DNA of 64,000 bases from Octopus sinensis (GCF_006345805.1 NC_043008.1:30690001-30754000); one strand, 5' to 3'. Counted from the stretch's first letter, positions 38,066-51,464 are shown. Notes: generated by a model not told the origin, from the sequence alone. Numbers and translations are program-made.

Positions 38066-38397
38066 GAAAGATCAAAATGACAACGAGTCTCTTCTTCAAG
38101 AATCATAATTTCAGTGTACTGTTTACTGAATCAGTTATTTTTCCTTCACTGATATTATGGTAATATCTGTTACGAATGTTATCGGCCATTTTCCCCCTGA
38201 CATCGGGAATTCACAAATTACGTGTCACACAGCGTTACGTTTAGGCTCCATTTCTCATTATACGATAAATTTGATTTTATGAAAAATTGAAATACTTATT
38301 TTATAAAACCAGTAATCATTGAAAAAAAAAACAGCAAAAGAAAAGTATAGGAATAGTAAAAATAATAATGATAATAGTAATAATAATACTGATAGTA

Positions 38398-38422
38398 TTA
38401 TAATATTTATTATTATTATTAA

Positions 38423-38486
<64 letters not shown>

Positions 38487-38530
38487 AATAATAATATTAT
38501 CATCATCATCATTATTATTACAACTATTAT
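38398..38530. repeat. (ATT)n microsatellite
   Basis: Directly visible. Confidence 0.97.
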
Positions 38531-39104
38531 TACTATGATAAATTTTATGAAATATTTTTTAATAATATTAACACATCGCAGATATGTGACCAGCGGTTTA
38601 ACTTCTCAAGCAATGGCAACGTTCCTAATTTCTATGGACAATAAGTAAAATGATAAAATCGGAAGACGAAATGGATGATTATATATAAAGGTTAAATATA
38701 AAAATTACGTTAAAAATATCTCCACAAAAAAAAATTAAAACGAAAGAAACCATAAACGTAAACTAAAACTACAGTCTGCAAAACTAGAACAAAGTCACGT
38801 GTTCATTACTGGACTGCTTCTTTCTCGTTTTGTTCTCGGCAAAAGAATAAGAAAAACTTCAAAAATCTATAATGAAATGTTATCATTAACGAACAAATAC
38901 AAAAAGATGTATAGCTCCGCCCCCCACCACTACCGTGAAAGGAATATCTCTGTTCAAAGTGCGAGGTGTCAACTGTCAACATGAAACAATAACAGTATTG
39001 GTCTTTCCAAATCAGCCGATGAAACGGGATAATCGATTATCAGGAAGCAAACAACAGGGCACCAACTCCACACACATACATATGTACCTATATATATATA
39101 TATG

Positions 39105-39141
<37 letters not shown>

Positions 39142-39427
39142 TATATATAACTGAAAGAGAAAGAAAGACGAATTAAAATTGACAAGATTCTTTCCATATC
39201 AGTTCATATTTGTCGTTACAATTGTTTTGTAAATTTTCATGTAAAAGGTGTGCATCTACATGCATACACAAAATCACACACACACACACAAGCACACACA
39301 GAGAGGCAAACATATATGTATATATATTTATATACATAAGTGTTTGTAAGTATATCTATATACTATATATGTGTGTGTGTATATATATATAATATATGTA
39401 TGTATATATATATATACATATACATTA

Positions 39428-39464
<37 letters not shown>

Positions 39465-40242
39465 AAGATATATATATCCATATATATGTATGCATGTATA
39501 TATATGATACCTGTAGTGTGTTGTTATTCATTTTTCATTCTATTAACCAGAAAATTTGAACATAATAATAGGTGTATATATATATATATTTATATTGTAT
39601 ATATATATATATAATATATATATATTATATTATATATAGATTATATATATATATATATACGTGTTACAGCTGGGATTTAATCACATCGCTTCGAAGGACG
39701 TCGATCTAGTACATTCCATTTCTGTTCAATCATCCAAGCCATGATTGATCCGCGCAGGAATCTATACATAGAGAACAAAAGTACTCCCCCACAAACAGAT
39801 GAAAAAAAAGACAGCAACAACAGGAACAATGAATAAACGAATGTTTCAGCGAATAAAAGAAACAAAAAGGACTTTGTGTGCTTGTGAAACTGTGTGGTTG
39901 GGAATATATGTTAATAGCTATGAGAATCTGAATGGGTGGAACAATGTGTGCATGCATACGTGTGTGTATGGAAGATCATACATGAATATGGTAGTGAAAG
40001 TAAAATTAAACTGTAGTTTAAGAGATGAACTGGTTTCTTGACCATATTATCGAAATGTGTGTTCTAATTCTGAATCAGATCGCTGTTATTTTCGTTAATT
40101 AAATGTTCTGTCTACACACATATATGCATAAATATGTAAGTTTGTAAAATATATACAGCTATATATACATATATATGCATATCAATGAGTAACAGACATG
40201 CATATCTTTATACATATTTATGCATATATATGAGCATGTATA

Positions 40243-40295
<53 letters not shown>

Positions 40296-40954
40296 TATAT
40301 TAATATATATATATATATTATATATATATCATTGCATATTCATTGCATATATTTAACATATGTTTGTACATACATATTGTTTAGAGTTATGGCTTCAAAT
40401 GAAAATTGTTGAAACATTATTTTATTTTACAATCTCTTAATTTATTATTTTTCATTTCTTTTTTTTTTTTTTTACATTGTACCCAAAATAATCTTTATTT
40501 TGCAGCAGGATATGTTGGATGTAAAAACGATGACGGCGTTATTGACATCCTCCAGCCAGGTATACACACTCACACTGACGCACACACACACACAAACACA
40601 CACGCACGCGCTGACACACACAAACGCACACACACACATATATATAGAACGATATATATAAGTATGAAAAGATATATATATGCATATGTGTGTGTATATA
40701 TATATTATTGTGTGTGTGTGCGCGCGTGTGTGTGTGTATGTATATATATATATGTGTGTGTGTGTTTATATATATATATAGAGAGAGAGAAGGAGAGGAA
40801 TGGAGAGAGAGATATGCCTATAAGCATACATGTTCTGAAGATTTCCATTAATAAATGAATCCATATATTATGGCTATATAATATATATATATATATATAT
40901 ATCCGTGTAGCAATATGGATATGTATACACACAGTTATATACATATGCATATAC

Positions 40955-40989
<35 letters not shown>

Positions 40990-41187
40990 TGCTATATATA
41001 TATATATATATTCCTATGTAATTCATATATAGGTATGTTTATAAACATATGTAAACATCATTGTGCGTTTACGTGCACGTATATATGAAAATGTTTAGAT
41101 AGTATTTGTATGTTAATATATATATAAAATATTGAAACACATATATACGCATACATTATACATATATATTGTGGGTGTATGTATGCT

Positions 41188-41228
<41 letters not shown>

Positions 41229-42091
41229 GTGTGTGTTTGTGTGTGTGTATGTGTGTGTGTGTGGTGGTGTGTGTGCATGTGTGTATGTGTGTGTGTGTAT
41301 GTGTAATATCAGCATTTATTCGGGTCAATATTTATTCCCTTGAGTTCAAGAAAGTTCAAAACAGATTTATACCTCTGTTCATTCTAAACATTTGATAAAT
41401 ATATTCATTCACACACACATACACACACACACACATACATACACACTCACACACATACACACAAAAATATGCGTAATATATATGTGTGTGTGTAAATGTG
41501 TATCGATTGGTTAATTTTAATCATTTGAAACGTGGTAAAACAAATACTCAATAATTTTCACTCTCAAAAACCACACACGTTTTAATATTCAAGATAGCTT
41601 CAAGGAGCGGAAAGATGAAAGATATAATTATACATATGTTTTACACGCGCACACACGCACACACACATAGACACACATACATATATGTGGGTATGTATAT
41701 ATGTACAGAAACACATATTTCCATGTATATATATGTACCCATAGCATATATACATATGTATACAAATATATATCTATATATATATACACGCATATATTCA
41801 TGTATAGATAGATAGATACATAGAAATATATATACATGACATATATACATATATATTCAAATATATATATGTATGCATATATATATATATATATATATAA
41901 TATATATATTGATGTGCATATGAGTGTGCTTGTGCATATATATGAACAAAACCTCATTGAATCTATATTACGTATATTGATAGATGATACACAGAATGAC
42001 AGCTGCATCGATACATAGACAATGAAATAGACGGGGGTATATATATGTATATATGTGTGTATGTATGTATATATATAATATATATATATAG

Positions 42092-42136
<45 letters not shown>

Positions 42137-43652
42137 ATATTTATATATATATATGTATACATATATAAACATACATTATGCGTGTATGTTCGCGGGTGCA
42201 TTCTATCTGCATAGCATGTGTGTCTATGTATATTAGTGTGCGCATGTAAGTAATTGCGTGTATATATACATATATGTATATATATGTATAAGTATGTATG
42301 TATGTGTATGCACATACACACATGTGTGTGATTTTGCATGCTTGACACGATTGCGACTTGTAACAATAATAAGTGATTAAGGTTTTTACATAAGTATAAA
42401 CCTCGTGTGAACTTATTTAACTCATCAGGTCGGAGTAGCCCAACTTTATTAGTGACTCACTCCAGTGGCAATATGTTTTCGTCTATGTTTTTTACATAAT
42501 GTTCGTGGTCAAAGAGTAATAGACCATCGAATTCCAGTAGCATCATACTATTACAATGAACACATCAATGCCTGATCTTTCCCGTTTTGGTACACGTAAA
42601 TATGAATACTAATTGTTTATTATATTTTATTTTTGTTGGTTATTTTAGTTGGGTTTTTAAGTAACCAGAAACCATGTTTTTACTGAACTGTTAAAGGAAA
42701 AATAAAATAATTTACATAGCTATTTCTCCATTTTTCAAGGATCTTTTTATATTCCTGTGGAAAGAGATATACTTTTAGACCTTTGCACTCATATAGGTAG
42801 ATAGATAGAAAGATAGATAGATACAGTTATGAACAATTGATATATAAGGTATAATTTATATTATATTGTCTAATATATGCATATATATATATATATATAT
42901 ATATGTTTGTGTGTGTGTGTGTGTTAAAAACTGCGTGTTTGTGGGAACGCCTCTACATATACAACTATTTATGCTCTCCTATGTGTGATTATAGTTTTGA
43001 TAACAGGAGACGAGAGCTTGGTTTAATGTTTTACTCAAGTAGAAGTGATTGTAGCCCTAAATTTAATATCTCTCTCAGACTGATAAATTTCACATGTTTT
43101 TGCGTGAGAAATCATCTGTTTACAACTCCAACAAGAACATGGTTAACATTATTTTTCAAACGGCGTAGTATAATTGAGGAAGAAATGACAAGAAGCAAGT
43201 ATTGTTGGCGTGAAGAGAGGGAGGCGGAAATATTACCGTCTATGCGTTACAAGGCTTTTGTCTGTATATCTCTATACATATGAGGAGGTATAAGCATATC
43301 AATATATGTAGACATATGCACATAAACATAGTCATATATATATATATATATATATACGTATATATACTCGTATTTATGTGGATCATAATTACACGATTGT
43401 ATTTTGGCTTCAATAAGGTATTGTTATATTTTCTTATCAGTTCATTAAATTTCAGCGGAAAAAGTGGGATCACTAAATCTTTCATAGCCATCAACATTGC
43501 TCAATTTCCGCAGCCTCATCATCAGGCTGTAATTATTTTTAGCCTGTACAACATAAACATTTTACAGTTCTATATTTGAGAGATGAGGAATTATGTATAC
43601 TATTTACATTATTTACATTTGACGGTTATTTGTCCTCAGCTTGTTTGTTGTT

Positions 43653-43703
43653 AACACAACGTTTCAGCTCAGCTGATATACTCTCCAGCCTTCTTCAGGT
43701 GCC
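43653..43703 (-). ncRNA. Hammerhead motif, family H1 (5-nt duplication in stem II)
   Basis: GGCAC-CTGAAGA-A-GGCTG-gagagtatat-CAGCT-GAGCT-GAAA-CG-TT-GTGTT; core intact. Confidence 0.62.
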
Positions 43704-43939
43704 CTGAGGAAATTTCGAACCTGGGTTCTCATTCCTAAGATATTTTTCGATGTTGTTGTTGTTATTATTATTATTATTATTATTACTATTCAGGTCATTC
43801 AGGTCATATCGCGTAGTGGTTAAGAGCGCGGTCTACTAACCCCAAGATTCCGAGTTCGATTCCAGGCAGTGACCTGAATAATAATAATAACATCGAAACA
43901 TACCTTAGGAAGGAGAACCCAGGTTCGAAATTTTCCCAG

Positions 43940-43985
43940 AGCACCCGAAGAAGGCTGGAGAGTATATCTGCCGTAACGTTGTGTT
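43940..43985 (+). ncRNA. Hammerhead motif, family H1, core-mutated (probably inactive)
   Basis: AGCAC-CCGAAGA-A-GGCTG-gagagtatat-CTGCC-GTAA-CG-TT-GTGTT; U4>C and A13>U relative to the core. Confidence 0.6.
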
Positions 43986-46088
43986 AACAACAAACAAAAT
44001 GAGGACAAATATCCGCCAAATGTAAACAATGCAAATAATGTATAAGCATTTTATGCTGTGAAATTTTGATTTCTGTAACTTAGAGTGTTAGATTTTTTGA
44101 CCAGTATTTGAAATTTCGTATATATACATCCTTAAGCACATGTTCCCTCTCTTTGTGACATGTGCGTGTTGAGTTATTTTAGCATTGTGCTCTATTGTTA
44201 CTCATACATCATTAAGGCTTTACAAGAATGAGACATTTTCATATAGTATGGAAATGTTATCCACTAATGTTTTCCTGTCCAGCTATGATTTATTTTGTAA
44301 AGCATTGTGTTACAATCACTCTTTGTTTTACGTGCACTGTAAGAAATCAAGGATAATCTAACAGTATCAGTTCTACAAATTTCAACATTGCAAAAAATTA
44401 ATAGTAAATTAACGATAGTAACATTAATCATCAAATAGTGCGGTTCTTAACAGATAATACAAACATATATATCAAATCATCAAATTTCAAATACCAGCTA
44501 AAACATCGAGATGTCTTGAAAAAGCCGGTCATAATTTCTACAGAAATCAGGTACTTCATGAAGTGGATACTGTGAAATTATAGAAGCGTCGAGTGTCATG
44601 ATATCTTTAGGAACTTTATTAATCTCAATGATTCGGTAGAAAAACTGATAAGTTCTGATAAAAAGTTTTAATTTGAGTGTAGGGAGCCGTTTTGAGGAGG
44701 TAAGGAGTAAGTTAGTCATTTTTGGCCAATGTCCATCCCTCGCCAAGTTTGTCCACTGCAGTTTCCCTCCAGTTTGCCTCACTGCAGTTTCTCACGGAAA
44801 AGAAAAGAGAGTGAGAGAGATTTTACTCCTAAATACGAATGGTACGTGATTTACAGGCCGCGTTATGATAAAGTGCAAAATTCACAACAGTGGTACTTCA
44901 GAGCCGAGTGCGGACAGACGGAACGAATATTGTAGATTAAGATTTCAATTTTCTAAATTTCACCTATTGTTAAGCCGTGGATGACACCAAGGGAAAACTT
45001 AAATTAAGCGTCATCTTTAATTATTAAGGCGCTGACCTGATTATGTTCGTAAGCAGTTTCCTTCGAAACCGCGAGCTATTCACTGCATCATACTTATACA
45101 TATGAATATAAATACCAACACCCCTACTCACACACACACACAGATAGATTGAAAGAGAGAGAGAGAGAAAGATGCTACGACCAACCCACTTAGTAGCAGA
45201 GAATAATCCTGCGTAGCTGTAAGTATATAGTTAGACGAAAATCACAAAAATTATAGGAGTAAAATCTGAAACAAAGCAGAAACGAGTAAAAAATACTATC
45301 CGAAATGATTCACAGGAAAATGAGTTGCTGAAAATCATAAGACTAAAGAGTCAAAAGAACTACAAAAGAAAGTAATGTACGACAAAAATAGAAGCTGACA
45401 TTTTGGGTAATAACCCTGTACCAGACAATAGAAAAATTAAGAGGAAAGAGGAAAAAAACAAAGGTTTGTGATACCCTAAACATCACCTACAAGATAGAAT
45501 TAAAGCTGGAGAGCAGAATTCGACGGTCAGACATGACGGTACGGTCTGGGGTACAGGGCGGAAAATATGAAAATGTGACATGGATTGAGAAAGGAAATAA
45601 GTAGGAAAAAGGAAGGTGAGAAAATGATATATGGAGAGTGGGTAAGAGACAAGAATAAAAGACAGAAAGCAGAGAAAGTGAACGGCTTATGGTAATCAGC
45701 GTGGCATGTATAAGATGTAAAGAAATGATCTAAATGCACAGTGTATTTGTGTAGTGTTATGTGAATGTCAGTAGGTTGGATGTAACTTACAACAAGCATT
45801 CTTGATTTATTAAATTTACTTTACATGTCCAGTTCCTGCTGAGAAGGCGAGATAATTACAAAATTCAAGTATTCTTCAAATTAGACATGCCATTCAAGAA
45901 AGGGACAGGATTATTGTTTACATATAAGAGGATAGTTGAGGACAGATTTTCCTGTATATAAAGAAAATTCTTTATAACATCTTTAATTAAACATGTGTTA
46001 AAAGTTTTTCTCTATCTTCTTTTCATTGGAATATTTGCTCTTCGTCATACCTATTTTGCCGTATAATCGTCGTGGAACTAGGGATTTC

Positions 46089-46131
46089 CACACCTGAAGA
46101 ATTCTGGCTTTGGCCGGGAACGGGACAGTGT
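46089..46131 (+). ncRNA. Degenerate hammerhead-like motif
   Basis: CACAC-CTGAAGA-ATT-CTGGC-tttg-GCCGG-GAAC-GGGACA-GTGT. Stems I and II are present but GAAA and helix III are decayed. Confidence 0.35.
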
Positions 46132-46441
46132 TGATAGCCCAATATTCAGGCTGTGTGCTTCCCTGGAAACATCCTAACTTTACACCCACCTAACCTCATA
46201 GATAGATAGATAGATACGCATGTATGTATATATACAGACGTTCATTTGTATGTATATATGAATATTTCTATTTATATATGCATATAAATATGTATTTACA
46301 TTATATCTACTTATACATAGATAGAAAGATAGATAGATATATATATAGATATATAAATGTACCTATATATATATATATATATATAATAGAAATATTAAAA
46401 TTACTATGTCTCTCTAAAGGAGATTACGGCAGCGTTACTGG

Positions 46442-46642
46442 ATATTAATAGTTATCGCCATACTAATATGGCAGTCTAAATATAAGACTAAAGCTGTCGC
46501 TGATTAGCTCGAAGAGGCCACCGCCTCTAGCTAGCTATATAACACACGAACCTGCGTCCATTACAACCTTCGAACAGGGGAGGTCAGCCGCTTTAGTCTT
46601 ATATTTAGACTGCCATATTAGTATGGCGATAACTATTAATAT
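46442..46642. mobile_element. Small element with perfect 53-bp inverted arms and a 95-bp spacer
   Basis: 46442-46494 and 46590-46642 are exact reverse complements; the right end runs into (TA)n. Confidence 0.88.
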
Positions 46643-46939
46643 ATATATATATATTATATATATATATATATAATATATATATAGTATATATATATATACA
46701 CACATACATATATATATATATAGAGAGAGAGAAGGGGAGAGAGAGGGACAAAGATAGACATCTATATAACCGGCTAGCAGGGTGGATCCTTCGAACTTCC
46801 AAAACATACATATACACATACACACATACATACAAATATACACACACACAAACGCACACATATATAAATGTATGTATATGACTATATACATACATATACA
46901 TGTATGTATGTTTATATATCTCTTATATGTATAAAATAT

Positions 46940-47390
46940 GTGCGGTATGCTTCCCAACCATATGGTTCCGGGTTCAGTTCCACTGCGTAGCAAATTAGAT
47001 TAGTGTCTTCTACTATAGCTTGGGGCCGACCAAAGCCTAGTGATTGGATTTGGTAGACGGAAACTGAAAGAAGCCATTCGTACATATGTATGTGTGTGTG
47101 TTTGTTTGTGTGTGTGTGTGTGTTTGTGTGTGCATTTCTATGCCTGTGTTTGTCTTCCCCACCATCGTTTGACAACCAATGTTGGTGTGATTCCGAACAT
47201 GGTTCTGTGTTCAGCCCCACTGTGTTGTACTTTGGGCAGATGTCTTTTACTATAGCTTTGTGAGTGTATTTGTTTGACGGAAACTGAAAGAAGTATGTGT
47301 GTGTGTGTGTGTGCGTGTTGTGTCTGTGTCTGTATGTGTCTCCTCAGCATCGCTTTACATCGGATGTTGGTGTGCTTGCATCTGTCTCTG
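46940..47390 (+). mobile_element. Two tandem degenerate copies of the (TG)n-containing tRNA-derived SINE
   Basis: ggttccgggttcagttccactgcg...gtcttctactatagc...gacggaaactgaaagaag repeated at about 46965 and 47200, each followed by (TG)n and a catcgNttNacaNcNNatgttggtgtg-like module. Confidence 0.75.
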
Positions 47391-47399
47391 TAATATTTT

Positions 47400-48120
47400 G
47401 AAATACTAAAGAATACATTTATTTAATAAAATCGCCATTGGCTTCGACCACGGCCTCTAGACGACTTCAGAATATTCTGCGACTCTTCTGGACGGTCTCC
47501 TTGTTTAAGTTGGTGAATGCTGTCATAATCCTTGCCTTCAGTTCTTCTTTGGTGCTACATGGAGTTTTGTTGATCTCTCGCTCAACTGCACCCCACATAT
47601 AATAATCAAGGAGATTTCAGTCTGGGAGATAGGTGGCCAGATGTTAGGGGTGGTGTAGTCGGAGAAATTGTGTGACGGCCTGATAAGAAACTGAAACATT
47701 CCCAAGTCGCTGGCGATGTATCTGATTGACTTGGAGGGATCATTGTGAATCATAGTCAGGATCTCACCAACAAATTCAGGAGTTTCTTTCTTATCAGAAC
47801 AATTAGGGTGAGTTTTCCAAGCTGTTGTACCTTTGTAATCACCATTAGACTCACCCAACTCTTTCCAAATCCTCTGTACTGTCCTAAGATTGATTCCCAA
47901 ACACTCCGAAATGTTCGTATTGGAGCTTCCGGTGCGAATACCAAGAAGTACAGGAAGCTGTTTCCAAATCTCTGGCGTAGTGAATTGCGTCATGGTGCTG
48001 TTTTTCTCACAGACGGTGCCCAAATGACCTTGTTATACTGACTGTTCGACAAAATCTAAAACAAACAATTCGCGAAATTCAAAATATGAAATAGCAACAA
48101 TTTACCCATCGCACTCTGTA
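47400..48120 (-). mobile_element. Internally deleted IS630-Tc1-mariner (maT/DD37D-like) transposon
   Basis: HTH region ISECLGINLRTVQRIWKEL...DPSKSIRYIASDLG joined directly to WPPISPD*NLLDYYMWGAVE (WPPNSPDxNPLDY-type motif), so the DD core is deleted. TIR-like end tacagagtgcgatgggtaaattg at about 48098-48120. Confidence 0.82.
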
Positions 48121-48229
48121 TATATCGTAAGAGAGACTTATTGCAATTAAGGTTGGTGTCAATCATTGACGAAATTTATAAAGTAGGGAAAAGAGAGTCG
48201 AAGGATATAGAAATCAGTGTAATCCACAT

Positions 48230-49250
48230 GATGCAAAAAAAAAAAAAAACTGGAAATGAAAAGCAGAAGCTGATGGTATCCTACCGAGATATGGTAGATA
48301 CGACGCAGCTTACCGGAATTGACTTCGATTCGGTTCAGATCGGTTCAGACCCTTTTCAAATATACAGCAGCGCGGGGCAAATTTGTTATTAGCTACAGCG
48401 ACAAAGCAAGGGAAACAGAGAGATGAGAGCGTCATTTGATTCAATACTTTCAACAAGGACCGATGACAAGATGGAAGGAACACGTAGTTGAGAGAAAAAT
48501 AAAATGGAATGAACTGTGGTATTGGATTACATAACGTTTGAATTTTCTGATTCGTTTATACTTTGCTATCGATACTTTGCTATCGCCTATAAACCTGTTA
48601 TAATGGACGGTATCAGAGAAAATGATAAATGCTGATGCGGGTAAGTCCGAACACTGAAACATATAATTTCAAACCTTCACTGGCATTAGATAGATGTACT
48701 TGGAGATACAATCTGGTCCTTAATATCCTTTTCGACGCTACAAAGAACCAATTTGCTCTCATCAACAGTAGCATAAAACACAGAAGAAACCAGCCAGAGG
48801 TTTTTCATTTTTGTGCGATCAGGACAGCAGATCGGTTTGAAAGAGTAGAAACTTCTTGGGAATGATGAAAAGTGAAATACATTTATCCTCATTCCAGTTT
48901 CGTAGAAATTATATGATATGGAAATTATACGATGTGAGATGTTATATGATGAGATATCATATGATGTGAGGAAAAGAAGTAAATATAGTCGAGATAACGA
49001 TTTCTCATGAAGAAAACATGGACGCAGCTTGGACTCGAAAGATCGACCGTTATAAACGGCTACTCGAGGAAAGCGAAAGCACAGACTGGAAGGCAAAGCA
49101 TTATCCAACTGATGTTGGATGTAGTGGATTCATTGAATAAAGTTTAAGGCGGTCGTTATTTTCGATAGCTTTAACTCATCATAAAGCGAATGCCAGGTTA
49201 CAATACAAAAAGTAAGCCACTGGATTTAGTCAAAAAGAGACGATGAGCAA
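48230..49250 (+). mobile_element. Degraded 3' part of a HERO-like (R2-group, REL endonuclease) non-LTR retrotransposon
   Basis: Manual translations: YRDMVDTTQ; ALDRCTWRYNLVL (GRYTWRHxxVL-like); KEVNIVEITISHEENMDAAWTRKIDRYKRLL...WKAKHYPTDVGCSGFI...SHWI*SKR (ELTVPWEEN...PVEVGCRGF...WIWxKR-like). Family call is from motif recall. Confidence 0.72.
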
Positions 49251-49650
49251 TAGGTAGGAGAAGCTTCATGTAAATCTAGTAACTAGTTCATCCAGCAACG
49301 GGATCTCATCTCAGTGAGAGGCTGGTACGTTGCGGAATAATACCGTCGATAGGAAAGCCCCGAAGAAGCGCGCATTATCCCCTGGTGACCTCATAAGCTT
49401 GCTAGAATCCGGTATGCGGAGCTTTTAGCTTGAAATACTTGCATCTACAAGTTGTTTGCAAAAATTTATGTAAATATGTATGTGTGCGTATGTGTGTGTA
49501 TGTGTATGTAGATATATATATATATATATATATATCTATATATATATATATAAATGTAGACATACATATATAAATATATACATATATAAATATATATGTA
49601 TATATACATATATAAATATATATATATATTGTATGCATGTATGTATGTGA

Positions 49651-49790
49651 AGGCGCATGGTTCAGTGGTTAGAGCATCGAGCTTACGATCGTGAGGTTGT
49701 GAGTTCGATTCCCGAACAGGGATGCGTGTTGTGTTCTTGAGCAAGACAACTTTATTTCACGTTGCTCCAGTTAACTCAGCTGTAGAAATA
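49651..49790 (+). mobile_element. 5' part of a tRNA-derived SINE (family of 51139-51464)
   Basis: ggcgcatggttcagtggttagagc...gtgagttcgattccc...gtgttcttgagcaagacaactttatttcacgttgctccag; A and B boxes present. Confidence 0.85.
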
Positions 49791-49983
49791 TATATTATAT
49801 ATATATATATATATATAGAATATATGCCGCACATTTTAAATATTATTCATATACATGTGTGAATTTATTTATATTTCTATACATGCAAATATGTATGCTA
49901 CCGCATATTTACTATTATACATATGTATATGTTTATATATATGTGTGTGTGTGTGTGTGTACATACATACAAGTATATACATA

Positions 49984-50024
<41 letters not shown>

Positions 50025-50029
50025 CATTA

Positions 50030-50335
50030 GACTACGGCCATGCTGGAACAAGGTGTCGGAAAACATTTAGTCGAATGAACTGCCCCAGTACTCATTTTAT
50101 TTTAAATCCTGTACTTATGCTAATATGTCACCCAGGTCGAAGTGCTAAGTTACGCAGTTGTAAATATACCAACACCGGTTGTCATGCAGTGGTGAAGGAC
50201 AAACATAGACTAAAAAGACACATGCATGCATATATATATATATACAACTGACTTCTTTCAACTACCATCTTACAGATCCACTCACAGGGGTTTAATCGGA
50301 CCGGGGCTACTTGCCCGAGGTGCAACGCAGTGTGT
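50030..50335 (-). mobile_element. Degenerate (TG)n-containing SINE
   Basis: Reverse complement of the tail (ggccatgctggaac...ttagtcgaa), the ccaacaccggttgtca module and the head (cttgcccgaggtgcaacgcagtg). Confidence 0.6.
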
Positions 50336-50506
50336 GTGACAAAACCTGGAATTATTCATGGGAAATTAACGTTCCTTCTACACAACCACGCCTCCGCCTA
50401 TATAGGATAGGATAGTGATGCGACAATGCACCAATATTTACTGGAAATAGCAGTCAATAGTACACAATGCTATAGTAAAGCTTCACTATAATATTATAGT
50501 AAATCT

Positions 50507-50567
<61 letters not shown>

Positions 50568-51138
50568 TAAAATGATTGCAGGCGGTGAACACAAAAAAAT
50601 TTCATCTTGCCTGTAGGAAGAACATTAAATAAATGTACAACCCAGATGGGACAACCTAGGACCAAGGTTTCGAACTTTAAAATTACATTTGTTAACGTAA
50701 ATTTGATTAGTTCTCTTCGACTAGATTCACCTAGACAAAATTTCAAATGTCGTTACATTTATGCCAGTATTACTCGTCTGAACGTCTAGCCATTAACACA
50801 CCGAGAACAGTAAAAAAGTCTTCAAAGAAAAGATTATTAAATAGTGCATTACAGTACTATTGCTCCCCAGTAAAACAAAGCACCATCAGGTTAAAGTATA
50901 AATATAGGATAGTGCTACAACAATTTACCAATATTTACTGGAATTAGCAGTCATTAATATACGACGCTAAAGTACATCTTCCCTTATTCATCTTACCTGT
51001 AGGAAGAATATTAAATAAATGTACAACCCAGATGTGGATAATGTACCACCTAGGTTTCGAACTTTCCAAATGCATCACTTTATGTAATGTAGATTTGTGA
51101 AAAGTGATTTGAAAAATACAGAGTTACGCAAAATATTT

Positions 51139-51464
51139 TAAAGACTCCGCCGGTTACGACGACGAGGGTCCCAGCTGATACGATCAACGGAACAGCTTGC
51201 TCGTGAAATTAACGTGCAAATGGCTGAGCATTCCACAGACACGTGTACCCTTAACGTAGTTCACGGGGAAAATCAGCGTGACACAGAGAGTGACAAGGCT
51301 GACCCTTTGAAATACAAGTACAACTCATTTTTGCCAGCTGAGTGGACTGGAGCAACGTGAAATAAAGTGTCTTGCTCAGGGACACAACGCGTCGCTGGGA
51401 ATCGAACTCACAACCTTACGATCATGAGCCGAATGCCCTAACCACTAAGCCACGCGCCCTCACT
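51139..51464 (-). mobile_element. Full-length tRNA-derived SINE with 12-bp TSD
   Basis: Minus: gggcgcgtggcttagtggttagggcattcggctcatgatcgtaaggttgtgagttcgattcccagcg...gtgtccctgagcaagacactttatttc. TSD cgcaaaatattt at 51127-51138 and 51465-51476. Confidence 0.92.

Larger units (their letters stand above)
43567..44040. mobile_element. Fold-back element, family H1, copy 2: inverted arm + tRNA-like head + (AAT)n + forward hammerhead arm
   Basis: The inner part of left arm 43567-43797 is the reverse complement of 43870-44040. The centre 43811-43869 has an A box (tagtggttaag, 43814-43824) and a B box (gagttcgattcc, 43852-43863). Hammerhead motifs in both arms. Confidence 0.85.

Noticed and set aside
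43811-43869. Possible genuine tRNA gene
   Set aside because: A and B boxes are present but the acceptor, anticodon and T stems do not pair properly; it is a SINE-like head. The same applies to 49651 and 51400.
45200-46050. Possible further PLE GIY-YIG relic on the plus strand upstream of the 46089 motif
   Set aside because: Only vague similarity (KIQVFFKL, RKFFI); insufficient to call without a profile search.
48620-48650. GCGG|GTAAGT splice donor suggesting a host exon
   Set aside because: It lies within the HERO-like relic, and no coherent upstream exon or acceptor was found.
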